A stretch of DNA of 64,000 bases from Eledone cirrhosa (lineage: Eukaryota): the NCBI GenBank assembly GCA_964016885.1, contig OZ024743.1, forward strand, positions 54,560,001 through 54,624,000, in the 5' to 3' direction. Shown here in pieces: positions 1-13,290 of this stretch. Under the pieces are notes generated by a model. The model made no database searches and had not been told where the DNA came from. It saw only the letters and a program-made list of their open reading frames with translations. A program made the translations under genes and the position numbers. Positions within the stretch are counted from its first letter, which is position 1. Each line of letters opens with the position of its first letter.

Positions 1-87
1 GAAGTGTGTTAAAGATGAAAGGGCCGACTGATAGATTTATCACGTCAGCTAGGCGTGGTTAATAACCTCATCAGTTCAAAGACGGTG

Positions 88-450
88 AAGAAGGAGGAGG
101 AGAAGAAGGAGAAGAAGAAGAAGAAGAAGAAGAAGAAGAAGAAGAAGAAGAAGAATAAGAAGAAGAAGAAGAAGAAGAATAAGAAGGAGGAGGAGGAGGA
201 AACGAGGAGAAGAAGAACAAGAAAAACAAGAAGTAGAATAAGAAGTAGAAAAAGAAGAACAAGAAGAAGAATAAGAAGTAGAAGAATGGGGGGAGGGGGA
301 GGAGAGGAAGAAGAACAAGAACAAGAACGAGGAGGAGAAGAAGAAGGGAGAAGGAGCAAAAGAAAAAGAAGGACCAGGAAGACAAAGAAAAGAAGGAGAA
401 AGAGGTGAAGAAGAAGATTAAACAAACGGAAAAGGAGGAGAAAGAAACAC
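88..450. repeat. (GAA)n / purine-rich low-complexity tract
   Basis: Long AAG/GAG runs; the overlapping poly-K, poly-F and poly-L ORFs derive from it. Confidence 0.95.
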
Positions 451-777
451 GAAATGTGTACTGAGTAGAGCTTTGTCGGCCCATGTTTTTCCTAACACAC
501 TCTCACACACAAAATTAAAAGACAAACGCACTCACCCATTTGTATACGTGCACACGGTGAGATAAAAACAGTAACAACACTGTGTATGTATCGGTATGCG
601 CGCGCATGTATGTGTAAACAGATGTTTTAGTTTGTGAAATATTTTTGCAGAGACGGTGACTGCATAGTTTCAAACTGTATTGAAAAATGGAATGTTAGTG
701 CTTGTATATATTCAACTCTCTTTTAAGCGTGAAATAAGACTCTATGTTAAGGTATTGTTTGTTTGATTCTTGTATTA

Positions 778-1506
778 TCTGTATATATATAAAGACGAAC
801 TTTTCTGTATGTGTGTTTGTGGACAATTTTCAATGAGGGCTCATATATTCTAAACCATTCATGCGATTTCTTTGAAATTTTTTACAGAGCTTCTCCTTGC
901 ACAAAACATGTACATGATCTACAAAGGCTTTCAAAAATCGATATTGGGGCCTTTGGCGACATTAAAAATATTTCGGTTATTTGTGTGGTTTTCGTGATTA
1001 AGTACGACAAGAGTTATCTTTCGTAATTCGGCTCATTCGGATTTTATTTTACTCTTTGTACTTGAAACAAAAGGTACGCTTCCTTGAGACTAACAATATA
1101 ATTTTGTATATTTCACAACCAGCAATTTCTGACAGATTACTAAGTTAAGTTATAGATTTGACATTGTATAATTTACCGTTTCAAGCTTGATGTTCATACA
1201 TTAAGTGATGCCATAACTTTTACAATATTATGCTTTGTACATAACATTATTCACTTCACTTCTCTATTTCATGATGCGCTTTTACTGTTGTCAAAAAAAT
1301 TCATACCTAGACTGGATTTCTGTTGTTACATGGTATAACGGAAGACACCGAGCTCGCATATTAATTATTTCGCTGGAATAGTGCCTAAGGTTTTCATGTT
1401 TACATAAAGTACGTTTTTCTTCTATGTATTCAAATTTACTTTGTTTAGTTTAATGAGCTACATCGAAAGCTACTTGAACTGTCCAAAGGACGGGTAGTTT
1501 AGCTAG
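778..1506 (+). mobile_element. Non-autonomous Helitron, copy 1
   Basis: 5' TC(TGTATATATATAAAG) preceded by A; subterminal hairpin GTCC-AAA-GGAC; 3' CTAG followed by T. A closely related second copy lies at 16306-16990. Confidence 0.8.
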
Positions 1507-1716
1507 TATATATACACATATAATAATGGATTGATTTTATTTTGAGTGCCGATTAGAGTGTAAACTTATACGTGAAAATTTGAGTTACCCGGACCGATGT
1601 ACCAGTTTCTACAATTCCAATCTGCCAGCGGTGGTCTGAATGAAATCCCCATGTGCAGAAATTAGGTAATGTTAGTATTGACCAATGCAAGAAAAATAAG
1701 AGGGACATAACAGTTA

Positions 1717-1807
<91 letters not shown>

Positions 1808-1809
<2 letters not shown>

Positions 1810-2004
1810 GGCGCATGGCTGACTAGTTAGAGAATTGGATTCGCAATCATGAGATTGAGATTTCGATTCCAGGACCGGGCAATGCGTTATGTTCTTGAGC
1901 AAAACATGTATTTCACGTTGTTCCTTCTGTCTGTATTTGTGAACGGTAGATAGTATTAGTAATTGGAAAGACTAATGGCAACATTGTTTCCTCGGTCCGA
2001 CTAA
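1808..2004 (+). mobile_element. tRNA-derived SINE (family B), left arm of an inverted duplication
   Basis: tRNA-like head GGCGCATGGCTGACTAGTTAGAG...TTTCGATTCCAGGACC (A and B boxes); reverse-complement copy at 2698-2897. Confidence 0.7.
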
Positions 2005-2025
2005 TATATATATGTGTGTGTGTGT

Positions 2026-2216
2026 AAGGTCACTCTCGTGTGTTACTGGTAACATGTAACCCCAGTTCAACCTGTCTTATGGTCTGGTCGTCGGCGACTA
2101 AACCGGCAACCCACCAAGCTTGCTTCCTGAGGAGAGTGATATTTAGACACACTGAGGGATGAAATACAACACCCGGCAAAGGGCGGAGGAAGGCAGCAGA
2201 GTCACCGGCCATCCAC
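2026..2216 (+). repeat. Interspersed repeat fragment (probable LINE UTR)
   Basis: Alignable by eye, in reverse complement, to 10090-10278 (GGTCGTCGGCGACT..CCGGCAAC, CATGTTACCAGTA, GGCCATCCA). Confidence 0.6.
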
Positions 2217-2697
2217 ATTTTTTTTTTTGTTTTTTTTTGTTATTTTGCCTCAGAGTGAAAGGCCCCCAGTTGTTGTAAGAGAGGGAAACTCTGAAAAAAA
2301 CTTGCGGCTTAGGAAGCATCCGATGTTGTTGACCAGCTCTCTCTCCTTTTCGGGTAGTGTTTTCGATGCTCAGGGAGTACGATTGGTCGAGTGCAAGGCC
2401 TTTCCCCACTTAAGAAACCTTCAAAGCACAGGCATTGCTTGTTCAGATTATGTTACAGGTTCCTGTGGCTAGTCGTAGCCTAAAAGTGAGCCATTTTCTG
2501 TAATCTGACAAACGATTGCAATACTCTTAGCAGAGTTTGCAGCCATCATATATGTATATATATAACTTTGATAACTTTGATAACTTTGATAAGTTTCGGC
2601 TAGTATTGGCCCAGGCTATGTCTAACTTAATATATATATAAACAGTCGATCGACAAGATCCCAGATCTCATTCGCTTAATGAGTGGGCTGAAGCTCG

Positions 2698-2893
2698 ATT
2701 AGTCGGACCGAGGAAACAATGTTTCCATTAGTCTTTCCAATTACTAATACTATCTACCGGTCACAAATCCAGACAGAAGGAACAAAGTGAAATACATGTT
2801 TTGCTCAAGAACATAACGCATTGCCCGGTCCTGGAATCGAAATCACAACCTCATGATTGCGAATCCAATTCTCTATCTACTCAACCATGCGCC

Positions 2894-2897
<4 letters not shown>
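2698..2897 (-). mobile_element. tRNA-derived SINE (family B), right arm of an inverted duplication
   Basis: Reverse complement of 1808-2004 with few substitutions. Confidence 0.7.
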
Positions 2898-2958
<61 letters not shown>

Positions 2959-3952
2959 TTATATATCTCTGCACTTCGTATTCAAGTCCTACTAAGGTGA
3001 ACTTTTCCTATCATCATCGAGAGATAAACTAGCAGTCAAGAAGTAGTGGATTGATGACATTATTATAAAGAATCGGAAAGGATGATTTGCGCCATCTCAT
3101 ATGGCTCTGTGCGTTTTGGGTTAAAATCCCGTCTCCGGCCAGGCGTAACGATGGGCAGACATAGAAAAACCTAGGGAAACGTTGTTTCCTTGGTCCGGTG
3201 AAACGATTGAACCCTTTCCTTTCTATTTCAAAATTAAACATTAATACACCCCTACCTTTATAAAATGATACCTGTATAACTGCCATCTTCTCTTAAATTA
3301 TGTAAAGGGCATCTATCCTACATTCACTGAACCTTTCTCACGGCGAAATTAATAACATCCACCAAGAACACACACATTGATATATTTTATAAGCTAAAAT
3401 GTATATACTCACCTATGAACATACCATTTGCGTTAAGCATTATAATAAAATGCACTTTGATGTATGTGTTCAAATGATGTATCCGAGGTTAGTAATATTG
3501 CTGGACTATAATTCTAAACGCTTCACATGATATATTCTCATACATCTCCTTGGGGTTTTCATTATACTAACTGATCAGCGAGGCTATAGAACTGTCCGAT
3601 TTTCCAAGCTGAAATGCTCAACAAGATTTATAAAATGTGTTTCTCCATCTGATATTTGTTTATGTCACCATAAGTAATATATATCTTTCCTTTTCAGATT
3701 ATAAGAACATTATTCACGAAAATATTTTCAAATGGATCTCATATTTGACCCAATTGGAGAACATGTTTAAGTTTCAAAGAAGGGACAACACTAATGATGC
3801 TACAATATCTGTCCAAGTTACATATGGTGTTGATCTAGTATGTGAAAAAACTATAGGTCTTTTCCTCCTCAGACCTCGGCCTAATGGACGATCTTCAACA
3901 GAGTCGTCCAAATGTGTATATGTGCCTATGCGTGTGTTTTATTCAAAGTAAT

Positions 3953-4137
3953 GGTTTCTGATTTAGGCACAAGGCCAGCAATTTGGGAGGAGGGGAAAGT
4001 CGATTAAACCGACCCCAGTGCGTGACTAGTACATTATCTTATAGACCTCGTAAAGTTGAAAGGCAAAGCTAAGAAAATAAAGGATCATAACTCTAATCAG
4101 TGAAGCATGTTGTCCGACGCTCTACCGATACTGCCAA
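3953..4137 (-). mobile_element. tRNA-derived SINE (family A)
   Basis: Diagnostic GGCACAAGGCCAGCAATT...GACCCCAGTG...GAAAGGCAAAG...CTCTACCGAT.CTGCCA shared with many copies in the window. Confidence 0.75.
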
Positions 4138-4452
4138 ATAATGAGGTTTCCATTGAAAATTAAACCAACGTATATATGTAAAATATAAACTATTATAATA
4201 TTTAATGATTATATATAAATATAAATGATATTTAAAATTAATATTATTTAAAAAATCTCAAAGTGGTGTTTATAATGATTATTATGATACACACACATTA
4301 GTGTATTGTCAAAATCGTTAGTGCGTCGGACAAAATGTTTTGTAGCATTTACTTAAGACCATTTATGTCCCGAGTTCAAATCTCACCGGGACTGATAAAA
4401 TAAAGAATCGACTTCCCCGCCTCACAAATTGTTATCCAGGTGCTGAAATTAT

Positions 4453-4634
4453 GGATTGGCAGTATCGGTAGAGGGTCGGACGCCTTGCTTTGACGCATTG
4501 AGTTACGGTCCTTGCCGTCCTGAGTTCAAATCCCGCCGAAGTTAACGTTGCCTTTCACCCTTACGGGGTCGATAAAATAATACCAGTAATACACTGGGGT
4601 AATAGCTGGCCTCTTGCCAAAAGTATAAACAATT
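4453..4634 (+). mobile_element. tRNA-derived SINE (family A)
   Basis: A box TGGCAGTATCGGT, B box GAGTTCAAATCCC, body CCTTTCACCCTTACGGGGTCGATAAAATAA. An older copy lies directly upstream (~4305-4450). Confidence 0.75.
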
Positions 4635-4939
4635 ATGATAAATACGTACATACCCACATTCAATTATTTAGAACTGTAGACATATGTAACACATTACAGA
4701 AAGTTAGCATATACTGTACACACGTGTAGAGAGAGAAACATATGTAGATGTGCACATGTATAATTAAAAACATACAGATACACACATGCAATGACATCCA
4801 TACCTTACAAAATGCACATGTGCAGAAAAACATACATAATTACCAAGTTGGTGTCGAAATTCCAACTAAAGTGACTGGTTTCTGTGTTAGAAACCGGATC
4901 TCCCTCTCTACTGGTGAGAAATGTAAAGAAAATAAAGAG

Positions 4940-5302
4940 AACATACATACACACATAATAAATACATACGTACATACATACATTCACACACATACATTCA
5001 TACATACATACATACATACACACACACACTTACACACACATATATATATATATATACATACATACATACATACACACACACATATATATATACATACATA
5101 CATAGGTTATGTGTATATTACTTTGAGTATTGACTAAACTAACATGTAATACATATTAGATGTTAGTTTACTAGTATAAATCGACTATATTCTTAATAAC
5201 GAAAACTCTCTTGACATGTCTAAACCCCCCCCCCCCTACACACACACATACATATATACACACATATATACAGACATACATATATAGACACATTCATACA
5301 TA

Positions 5303-5380
<78 letters not shown>

Positions 5381-6850
5381 TACATATATATATATATATA
5401 TATGCATACATATATATATGCATACATATATATATATATATAGATACATACATATATGTATATATATATAATCAAATATATAGATTGAAAAATTAGCTTT
5501 TAAATATTTAGTCTTACCTTATGTATATATATACATATATATACAATTATAGACAGATATGATTGAGTGCAAGTATAATCTTCATGTGAAAATCTGCATG
5601 TGTCTGTGAGACGATTTGTGTATTCATGTATACTACATACGGACAAACAAACAAAGCTCCATATAAAAAGATTAGAAAGAGAAGTGAAAGTCTTGCTCAA
5701 GCCTGTTAATGTAATGTTAAAAACACTAACACATACACGCACACACATATGTACGTATATACATATATGTATGTACGTGCGTATGTTTGTATATATGTTA
5801 TGTATAATATGTATGTATATATGTATGTATGTGCATTTGTATGTGTCTATTTGTATGTATGTATGTATGTATGTATGTATGTATGTATGTATGTATGTAT
5901 GTATGTATGTATGTATGTATGTATGTATGTATGTATGTATGTATGTGCATATGTATGTGTCTGCAACTGTCTGTTTGTGTGTGTTTAGATTTGAGTATAT
6001 TAAATGCACTTCATTCTGACAAATAAATACTTATTCATATCGATTCCATTATCATTAACAAAAATAAAAACTCTACCAATACACATTCTACCTAACAAAC
6101 ACATACGGACAAACAAATAAACAAAGACGTATATAAAAAGAATAAAAAGAGAAGTGAAAGTCTTGCTGAAGCCTGTTAATGTAATGTTTACCTATGATAT
6201 AAGTAACTTACATCAGTAGAAGACATATTGTGATAAGTTATCCCTCTCAAATATTATCATTAAGATTAACTTTACATAGCTAAGTGCAATGTTACTCGTA
6301 TAATACAGTTCAAATAAAGAGCTTACGTAATCCGACTTAAGCGGGAGAATAACGGATCTTATTTATGTACGCCATATTACGCCATTTTTATATATAGATG
6401 TATCCTCTATCTTAAGATGTGAGTGTTTCAAAATGTCCTTCACTGTGAAAGTGTGTTTATGCCTGTTACTGTAAGTGTACCTGTGTGTGTGTGTTGTGTA
6501 TCTAAGCATCTGTGTATTGTGTGCTGTGTGTATCTGAGATCGTGTGACGCTGTCATTTACTCTGTGTGTGTGATTTTTTTTATGTCTCTTAGTGTGGGTT
6601 GCAGATCTATGTGTGGCTCGGTATATAAATGATGTGTTTAGGTAAACAAAAATGTACATACTTTTCCCTCTGTAGGTAGGTAGTTAGTTGTATGAGATAA
6701 AAGAATAAAACTGAATGTACACGAAGGATTGCATATATATTGTGTAGCGTCTGCATACATAAACACACACATATACATATATAGATATATACATACACAC
6801 AAACATATATATGTATGTATATACAGACCTACACAAATTTATATATATGT

Positions 6851-6913
<63 letters not shown>

Positions 6914-7392
6914 TATATGTATATATATATGTGTATATATATGTATATATATGTATATATATATATATGTGTGTATATATATGTATATATATATATATAT
7001 ATGTGTATGTATATATATGTGTATATATACGTATATATATGTATATATATATATATATATGTGTGTATATATATGTATATCTATATATATGTATATATAT
7101 ATTTCTGAATATCCCAGTAAATGTAAAGCTTAATCCTCCATCTATCTATGCGTGGTTCAGCAAACAGATAACATATGTGGATAAGTAATAAAATGTCCTG
7201 TATCTCGATCCATAATCTATGAATATCTTCTCAACATTAAGCTTTTTATATAACTCTTCCGGCTACGTAGCGCCATTTTGATCTGTTAGTTTGACACAAC
7301 AAAGGACTTGCCGAATCGAGGACCAATCGGAGGATAACACTTTTGTAATATATACTAAATACTTGCGCAAATACATATATACATATATATAC

Positions 7393-7480
<88 letters not shown>
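4940..7480. repeat. Cluster of (TA)n, (TACA)n and (CA)n microsatellites
   Basis: Pure and compound tracts, e.g. 5307-5470, 5850-5945, 6840-7100, 7375-7480. Confidence 0.95.
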
Positions 7481-8289
7481 TCAGACATGTTTTTACACAT
7501 CCATGTGTATGTTTATGAGTTTGTGAGAGTATATATGGGGCTATACATGTTTATATAAATTGTTTTGCATGTAGGTGTGTGTATATATATGATTATATGG
7601 AAAGAGATATAAGTAGAGAAAGATTTAAATATATAAATATTTACTTAGATTTACTTAGATCCCATTCTGCTTCCTATCTTCACGCCTGTATATACATCGA
7701 CAAATATACGCAAACACACACACGCACGCACACACTATAACGTACATATTTTTATACATACGTACATGAGGAATAATCACGAGTGTTTATGTTTGTTGAC
7801 ACCCGATTATATTTCTATATTGAACTGCAATATTTAAAATTATTTTGATCTCTCCCTCCATTATATATCTAATATAGTCAAACCACTTGATGGGATTATT
7901 GCCATATTTTGCCTTGAAAACACTCTCTATATACTTACACATACCTATGAATTAACGAGTGAAACAAAAAAACAAAACAAAAAAAAAAGCAAGAAAGGAG
8001 CTGATCGTCAGATCAAACCAAGGAAGCCGTGTATCTATTGATGACACTATTTGCTGATCGCAAGCGCTAGTAGAAAAAAAAGATTGAAATAAAATATTTT
8101 GTTCAAGAACCCAAGGCGCCACTCAGTCGGGGAATAGAACTCATGCCCTTTTCATCGTTAAACCAACCCCCTAATCACGTCGCCACTGGACATCTATAAA
8201 TTTAACACTGTATATTAGTAAAATAAATGGAATAGACACATTGTGGAATGTAATCCTAATTACTTCTTTTTCTTAGATCCCTAGCTCGT

Positions 8290-8516
8290 AATTGGGGGAG
8301 GCTGTCCTCTCAACCAATACGCCGCTGTGGGTGCCGTTGGATGACGGACTCCAATGAGGATGTTCTTCCACGCTTTTCTATCCATGGCGCTAAACTTAGC
8401 GTGGTCGAGGCCGAGTCGCTAAACTTAGCGTGGTCGAGGCCGAGTCGCTAAACTTAGCGTGGTCAAGGCCGAGTCGCTGCGATTTCAGGTCTTCCTTGAT
8501 TTATTTCGCCCATTCC
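8290..8516 (-). pseudogene. 3' end fragment of an RTE-type LINE with an internal 29-bp triplication
   Basis: Minus strand reads W..IKEDLK...AMDRKAWKNIL, typical of RTE ORF C-termini; GCTAAACTTAGCGTGGTCGAGGCCGAGTC x3 at 8389-8478. Confidence 0.6.
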
Positions 8517-9402
8517 CTAGTTACAAAGCCAGAGATAAAGACGGTATGGTCACTCTTGGAACCAAGTAATATCATCAACAACACCAAACAATGAAATACA
8601 CAATTATACCATATATATGATGTTGTGGAGACTCAGACCTTTACGAGGATCAGCTCCTGTTGTTTAATGAAAAGAAGAGTCACTACACTCGGGTCTCGAA
8701 TAACGCCCAGCCCCTCACGCTTATTAATTTAAAAAACATTTTCCAATGACCCCACTCTTATTTCAAATTCCCCACTTATTAAATTTTGCTAATCTATCTC
8801 CGGCGAAATTTTATTTTAAGTGGTAGCATTACTGCGGCAGTTATTTTTCTTTATACATTAGAAAATACATTAAAAAACATGACCAAAAAAGTACATTACT
8901 AGAAATCCCACACGTTATGAAATAAATAGGATAGCTTGGGGTCTCAATATGTAAAGTAAATTACCAATTCTGTTTTTTTGTTTTATTTAAAATCAACAGA
9001 GACAAAGTATCGATTTTGCACCCCACATCCGGCTTATTCCAACCTCTCCAGGAATTTTGGGACACGAGAGTACGTGAAAATAACATGCAATTGATTGAAC
9101 ATTCTACACACATGTACACCTTTAAAGTAATTCTCAGGGAAATTCAATGTAACGTATGTAACAGAGTTGGTCATTTGAATTACAGATGTACATCAATTAA
9201 TGGTTGATGATCAGACTGCAGCAACTTGAAATCATGGTCCGGACATCGAACCTATGACTTTACGATCTTGAGAACTAGAACCCTTATACCACGAGCCTTG
9301 ACAAACGTACATACATACATACATGTGTATACATACATACATACATACATACATACATACATACATACATACATACATGTGTATACATACATTCATACAT
9401 AC

Positions 9403-9955
9403 ATGATGGCTGTCCCCTCGCTATCAAGTATGGCCATTGCACGATATAACATTATTATTAATTATTAATTAATTGTTTCTAATTTTAGGTACAAGGCCAG
9501 CAATTATCCAGTGCATTACTGGTACTTTATTTTATCGACCCCGTAAGGATGAAAGGCAAAGTCAACCTCGGCGGGATTTGAACTCAGATTAATTAATGAT
9601 ACCGTGCAATGCCTGTGCGTGAAGATTTTTTTAAGCGAGGAAAGACTGGCACTGAGCAACAGTAGATATAACCCGAAAAGAAGAAAAGATCAACATCATC
9701 GTTAACTACTGAGCCAAAGTACATTCATACATACATACATGATGATGATGGCTGCCCCCTCGTTATTGAGTATGGCCATTGCACGATACACCATTACTAA
9801 TAATTATTAATTAATTCTATCGTGCAATGCCGGTGCGTGAAGATATTTTTAAAGTGAGGAAAGACTGTGTACTGAGCCAATCCCACTCTCTCAGCGACAG
9901 TAGCTATAACCCGAAAAGAAGAAAAGATCAACATCATCGGTAACTACTGAGCCGC
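9403..9955. repeat. Tandem duplicated ~210-bp repeat fragment; the first copy is interrupted by a SINE
   Basis: 9403-9715 and 9747-9955 share GATGGCTG.CCCCTCG...CCATTGCACGATA...CGTGCAATG...CCCGAAAAGAAGAAAAGATCAACATCATCG; a family A SINE at ~9475-9588 is in copy 1 only. Confidence 0.75.
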
Positions 9956-10089
9956 AGGTTTTAGATCGGAGTTATCCCAGTTTCCTGAGTTGCCTTCTCC
10001 TAGAAGAATGCCCTGATAAAGGCTAGGGGTCCTTCACTCCCAGTGGTTTAACCGCGCGGTACATGTGTATATACATATTTACACACTTT

Positions 10090-10278
10090 TGGATGGCCGT
10101 TGACTCTTATGAGTTCTTCCGCCCTATGTCAGGTTTTGTTTTTTGTCCTGCAGGGTGTCCAAAATCACCCTCCTCACTAAGTAAACTTGGTGGGGTTGCC
10201 GGTTCAGTCGCCGACGACCCGACCATACGAGAGGTTGTACTGTGTTACATGTTACCAGTAGCACTCAAGAGTGACCCG
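10090..10278 (-). repeat. Interspersed repeat fragment, same family as 2026-2216
   Basis: Reverse-complement similarity to 2026-2216. Confidence 0.6.
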
Positions 10279-10651
10279 AAATAACATACATACATACATA
10301 TATACATGTATATATACATACTACACACATACATGCATAAATACACACACATATACATACATATTCATATATGCATACGTTCATACATACACACATACCT
10401 ACATATTTACACATACATACACCACCCTACTTGTACACAAATATCTGATGTTGTCTATTCAAACAAGAGAAAGCTTTGTCAGTTTGTTAGCGACCAGGTT
10501 TTTACTAACAAAAGCAAACCTTAAATAAATCTTAAGAACGTTTGTCTGTTTGTGTTTGTGTGTGTGTATATATATATATGTATATATATATATATACATA
10601 TAAATAAAACATACGTTTACATATACATATGTGTATATATATATATATATA

Positions 10652-10713
<62 letters not shown>

Positions 10714-10785
10714 ACGTAAGTTTACATATACATATATGTGTGTATATATATATACACACATTTATGTATATGTAAACGTATGTTT

Positions 10786-10852
<67 letters not shown>

Positions 10853-11356
10853 TTATATGTAAACGTATGTTATATATATATATATATATTACTTACAAGA
10901 AGATATATGCATGTCTGTATTTGTTGCTTCTCTGTTATACTCTGTCGAGTTTCCTGTCCGTAAGTATTTGGCAGTGTGTTAATAGAAGAACCCTTTGATA
11001 TGCCGACAGCTGCTAGAAAACTGTCGAATACCATATACCATACCTCCTTATAGAATACCCTTTGTTGTGAACCGATAATCGCCGTCTTGGGACAGTAAAT
11101 AAACCACAATAAGCCTTCTTTAAAAAGAAATGAGTCAATGATTTAAACACATTTACCATGTCTACAATTTAATTTCTAAAGTAGACTCTTTTATTCTCTC
11201 TCATTTCCCACTCTTTTTCACTCTTTTCTCAGTCTCATTTATCTTAGGAAATAGTTTGAAATCACCATATTTTATCATCATTCAATATATTCACCTGTAT
11301 CTCTTTACTCTCTTCTTCCATCTAATGTATCCATCCACACACACAGTTCGTGCTTG

Positions 11357-11389
<33 letters not shown>

Positions 11390-11820
11390 TAAAAATACAT
11401 AATCGGAGAAAGCTAATAGCGATACTCCGGCCAAATTCCAACTCACTCAACAAACATTAGGAAATACCTGAGTATATTCCCAATTAAACGTTTGGGGTGC
11501 TAAATATATTGTATTGTGTGGATAATTGACTGTATTATTTCATATGAGATATATCAAATATATCATTTCCCAGACGACTCGTTTCATTGTAAGATTTCTA
11601 CAAGTTGGGTGAAAATATACCAAGTTATGTAGAAGCTTGTATAAGATCAACAGATACTTATTGCCAGAATTAAGAACACACTCACTGTTTGGTTGGTTTT
11701 CGCTTCTGTATCTTTTATATCAGTTAATTTAATTTATTCGGTCCTCAATGTTACCATTGACTGACCAACGGTAAAACATACAGATATAATATAGACACAA
11801 ACACATATATATATAGTCTA

Positions 11821-11862
11821 ACAAAATTCTTTCGTTGCACATCTGCAACATCGTCAGTGGTG
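11821..11862 (-). ncRNA. Minimal type I hammerhead ribozyme motif
   Basis: Minus strand: ACCA-CUGACGA-U-GUUGCA(GAUG)UGCAAC-GAAA-GAAUUU-UGU. Core intact, stem II perfect over 6 bp, stem I imperfect. Confidence 0.65.
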
Positions 11863-12129
11863 CTATTATGTTTCCTCCTGTTGTATTGTATGTCTACGCC
11901 ATCTTTATTTAATCCGTTTATTTATTTATTTATTTTTGTCTTCTTCTCTGCGCATGCGTTTGCGTGTGTGTATAGTGTTTGAGGTGTGTTCGTGTTTGGG
12001 TGACTGTGTTTTGGTTATTGTATTCTATCTTAGTTTACTAGTGTGTGTTTATATGTGTTTGTTGTTATTGTGCTTGTGTATTTATTTATTTATTTATTTA
12101 TTTATCTATTTATTTATTTATTTATTTAT

Positions 12130-12655
12130 TTATACTTCTCTTAGGTCAGTATTGTTTGTTTGGGTGTTGTTATTCCATTCATTTTTTCTGTTTAGCTTTG
12201 GCCTTCTAAGTTCTATTTCGCTGGCCTCTCTGATTTGCCTATCTGCTGGGTCATTTCTCTGTTTAGATATTATTCTAATTTCTATGTTGTCTATGTTACC
12301 GTCGTGTTGTTGTCTGGCATGTTCATATAGTACTGAACCGTTTTTTCGTCCTTTTAGTTCCCCCCAGTGTTGGTCTATCCTTTCACCTATGCTACGAGCT
12401 GTCTCGCCTATGTATGCTAGTGTCATGTTTCTGTAAGTACCCTCTGTACATCTTATGCTATAGACTACGTTTCTAGTTTTACAGTTTATCCGGGCGTTTA
12501 CTTTACATATAATACATTTCCTATTAGTATAGTGGGTTTTCTTAAAAGAGTAGGTTTTGCTGATCAGGGATTTTATGGTGGTTCCTGGCTTTTCTACCAC
12601 CTTAATCTTTAAGTGGCTCTTTCTCAGGGCCTTTCTACACTGGTTAGCTAGCAGT
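12130..12655 (-). CDS. GIY-YIG endonuclease domain of a Penelope-like element (5'-truncated, RT missing)
   Basis: VVY...YIGET motif, conserved R, H, E and LN. The upstream part of the listed ORF runs antisense into a CR1-like fragment. Confidence 0.8.
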
Positions 12656-12789
12656 AGAAAGTTAAAATCAGTCCCAAAGTGTTCTCGTTTGCAAATAAAA
12701 GCCACAAGGTCGCTGTTTCCTCTGTCGGCTCTCTGATTGATGATAATAACATTCTCCACGACGATGCTAAAACCATGAGTGAGATACTG

Positions 12790-13290
12790 CCGGGGCAATA
12801 TTGTTGTTTTCAGCGATCCTGATATGGGTGATCATGTTCTTATCTGTAAAGTTAATCTTCAACATATCATATCGTTTGGTACATCTGATATCACCGCAAC
12901 AATAAGCAAAATTAAGCATATTTCATCAATGGTCCCCGATAGCTTCCTCGCTAATAACCTAAAGGAGTGTCGACATTAATTAACATCCTTTGTAGCTAAT
13001 CTCTGTGGGGACAGTTTATAGGTACCTTGCTAGTGTCCTGAAGGAATGTAGTCATCGTCTCACACCCCTTCTGGCTAATTTCTGGAAGGACAATTTTGTT
13101 TCTATCCTAATCAATCGTCCCAGTGTTCAAGAAAGGAGACATTTGCTTTGCAGTGAATTATCGATCGATCTCACCTCTCACATCATCAAATTATTGGAGG
13201 GAGTGGTGGAATCACGAATAACTCCCTTCTTTGAAAGCGACATCTACCTTAATTTTATACCACTTTGATAGCATTCTAAAGGCTTTGGGT
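12790..13290 (+). pseudogene. Degraded CR1/L2-type LINE reverse transcriptase fragment
   Basis: Reads ..SSMVPDSFLANNLKEC.. and ..LASVLKEC..LTSHIIKLLEGVVESRITPFFES, resembling RT domains 0-1 (PGPD/LKEC, PISLTSxxxK); frameshifted. Confidence 0.65.

Larger units (their letters stand above)
11790..12655 (-). mobile_element. Penelope-like retroelement 3' part: GIY-YIG endonuclease plus pseudo-LTR
   Basis: ORF 12130-12798 contains CIIC..NCKTRNVVYSIRC..AYIGETARSIGERIDQH..YEH..R..EASEI..PKLNRKNE (GIY-YIG with the PLE CCHH linker). It is followed by a 3' region containing a hammerhead. Confidence 0.85.

Noticed and set aside
1808-1880. tRNA gene
   Set aside because: The A and B boxes are degenerate, there is no clean cloverleaf, and a SINE body follows; it is a SINE head.
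3412-3608. Minus-strand exon with good splice sites (TTTCAG ... AG/GTGAGT)
   Set aside because: Stops in all three frames; it could only be non-coding and has no support.
3699-3837. Plus-strand exon candidate after TCTTTCCTTTTCAG
   Set aside because: One open frame but no recognisable protein and no partner exons.
10200-10280. HDV-like ribozyme in the repeat fragment
   Set aside because: A P3/L3-like ACC-TCTCGTAT-GGT is present, but P1 and P2 pairings could not be built.
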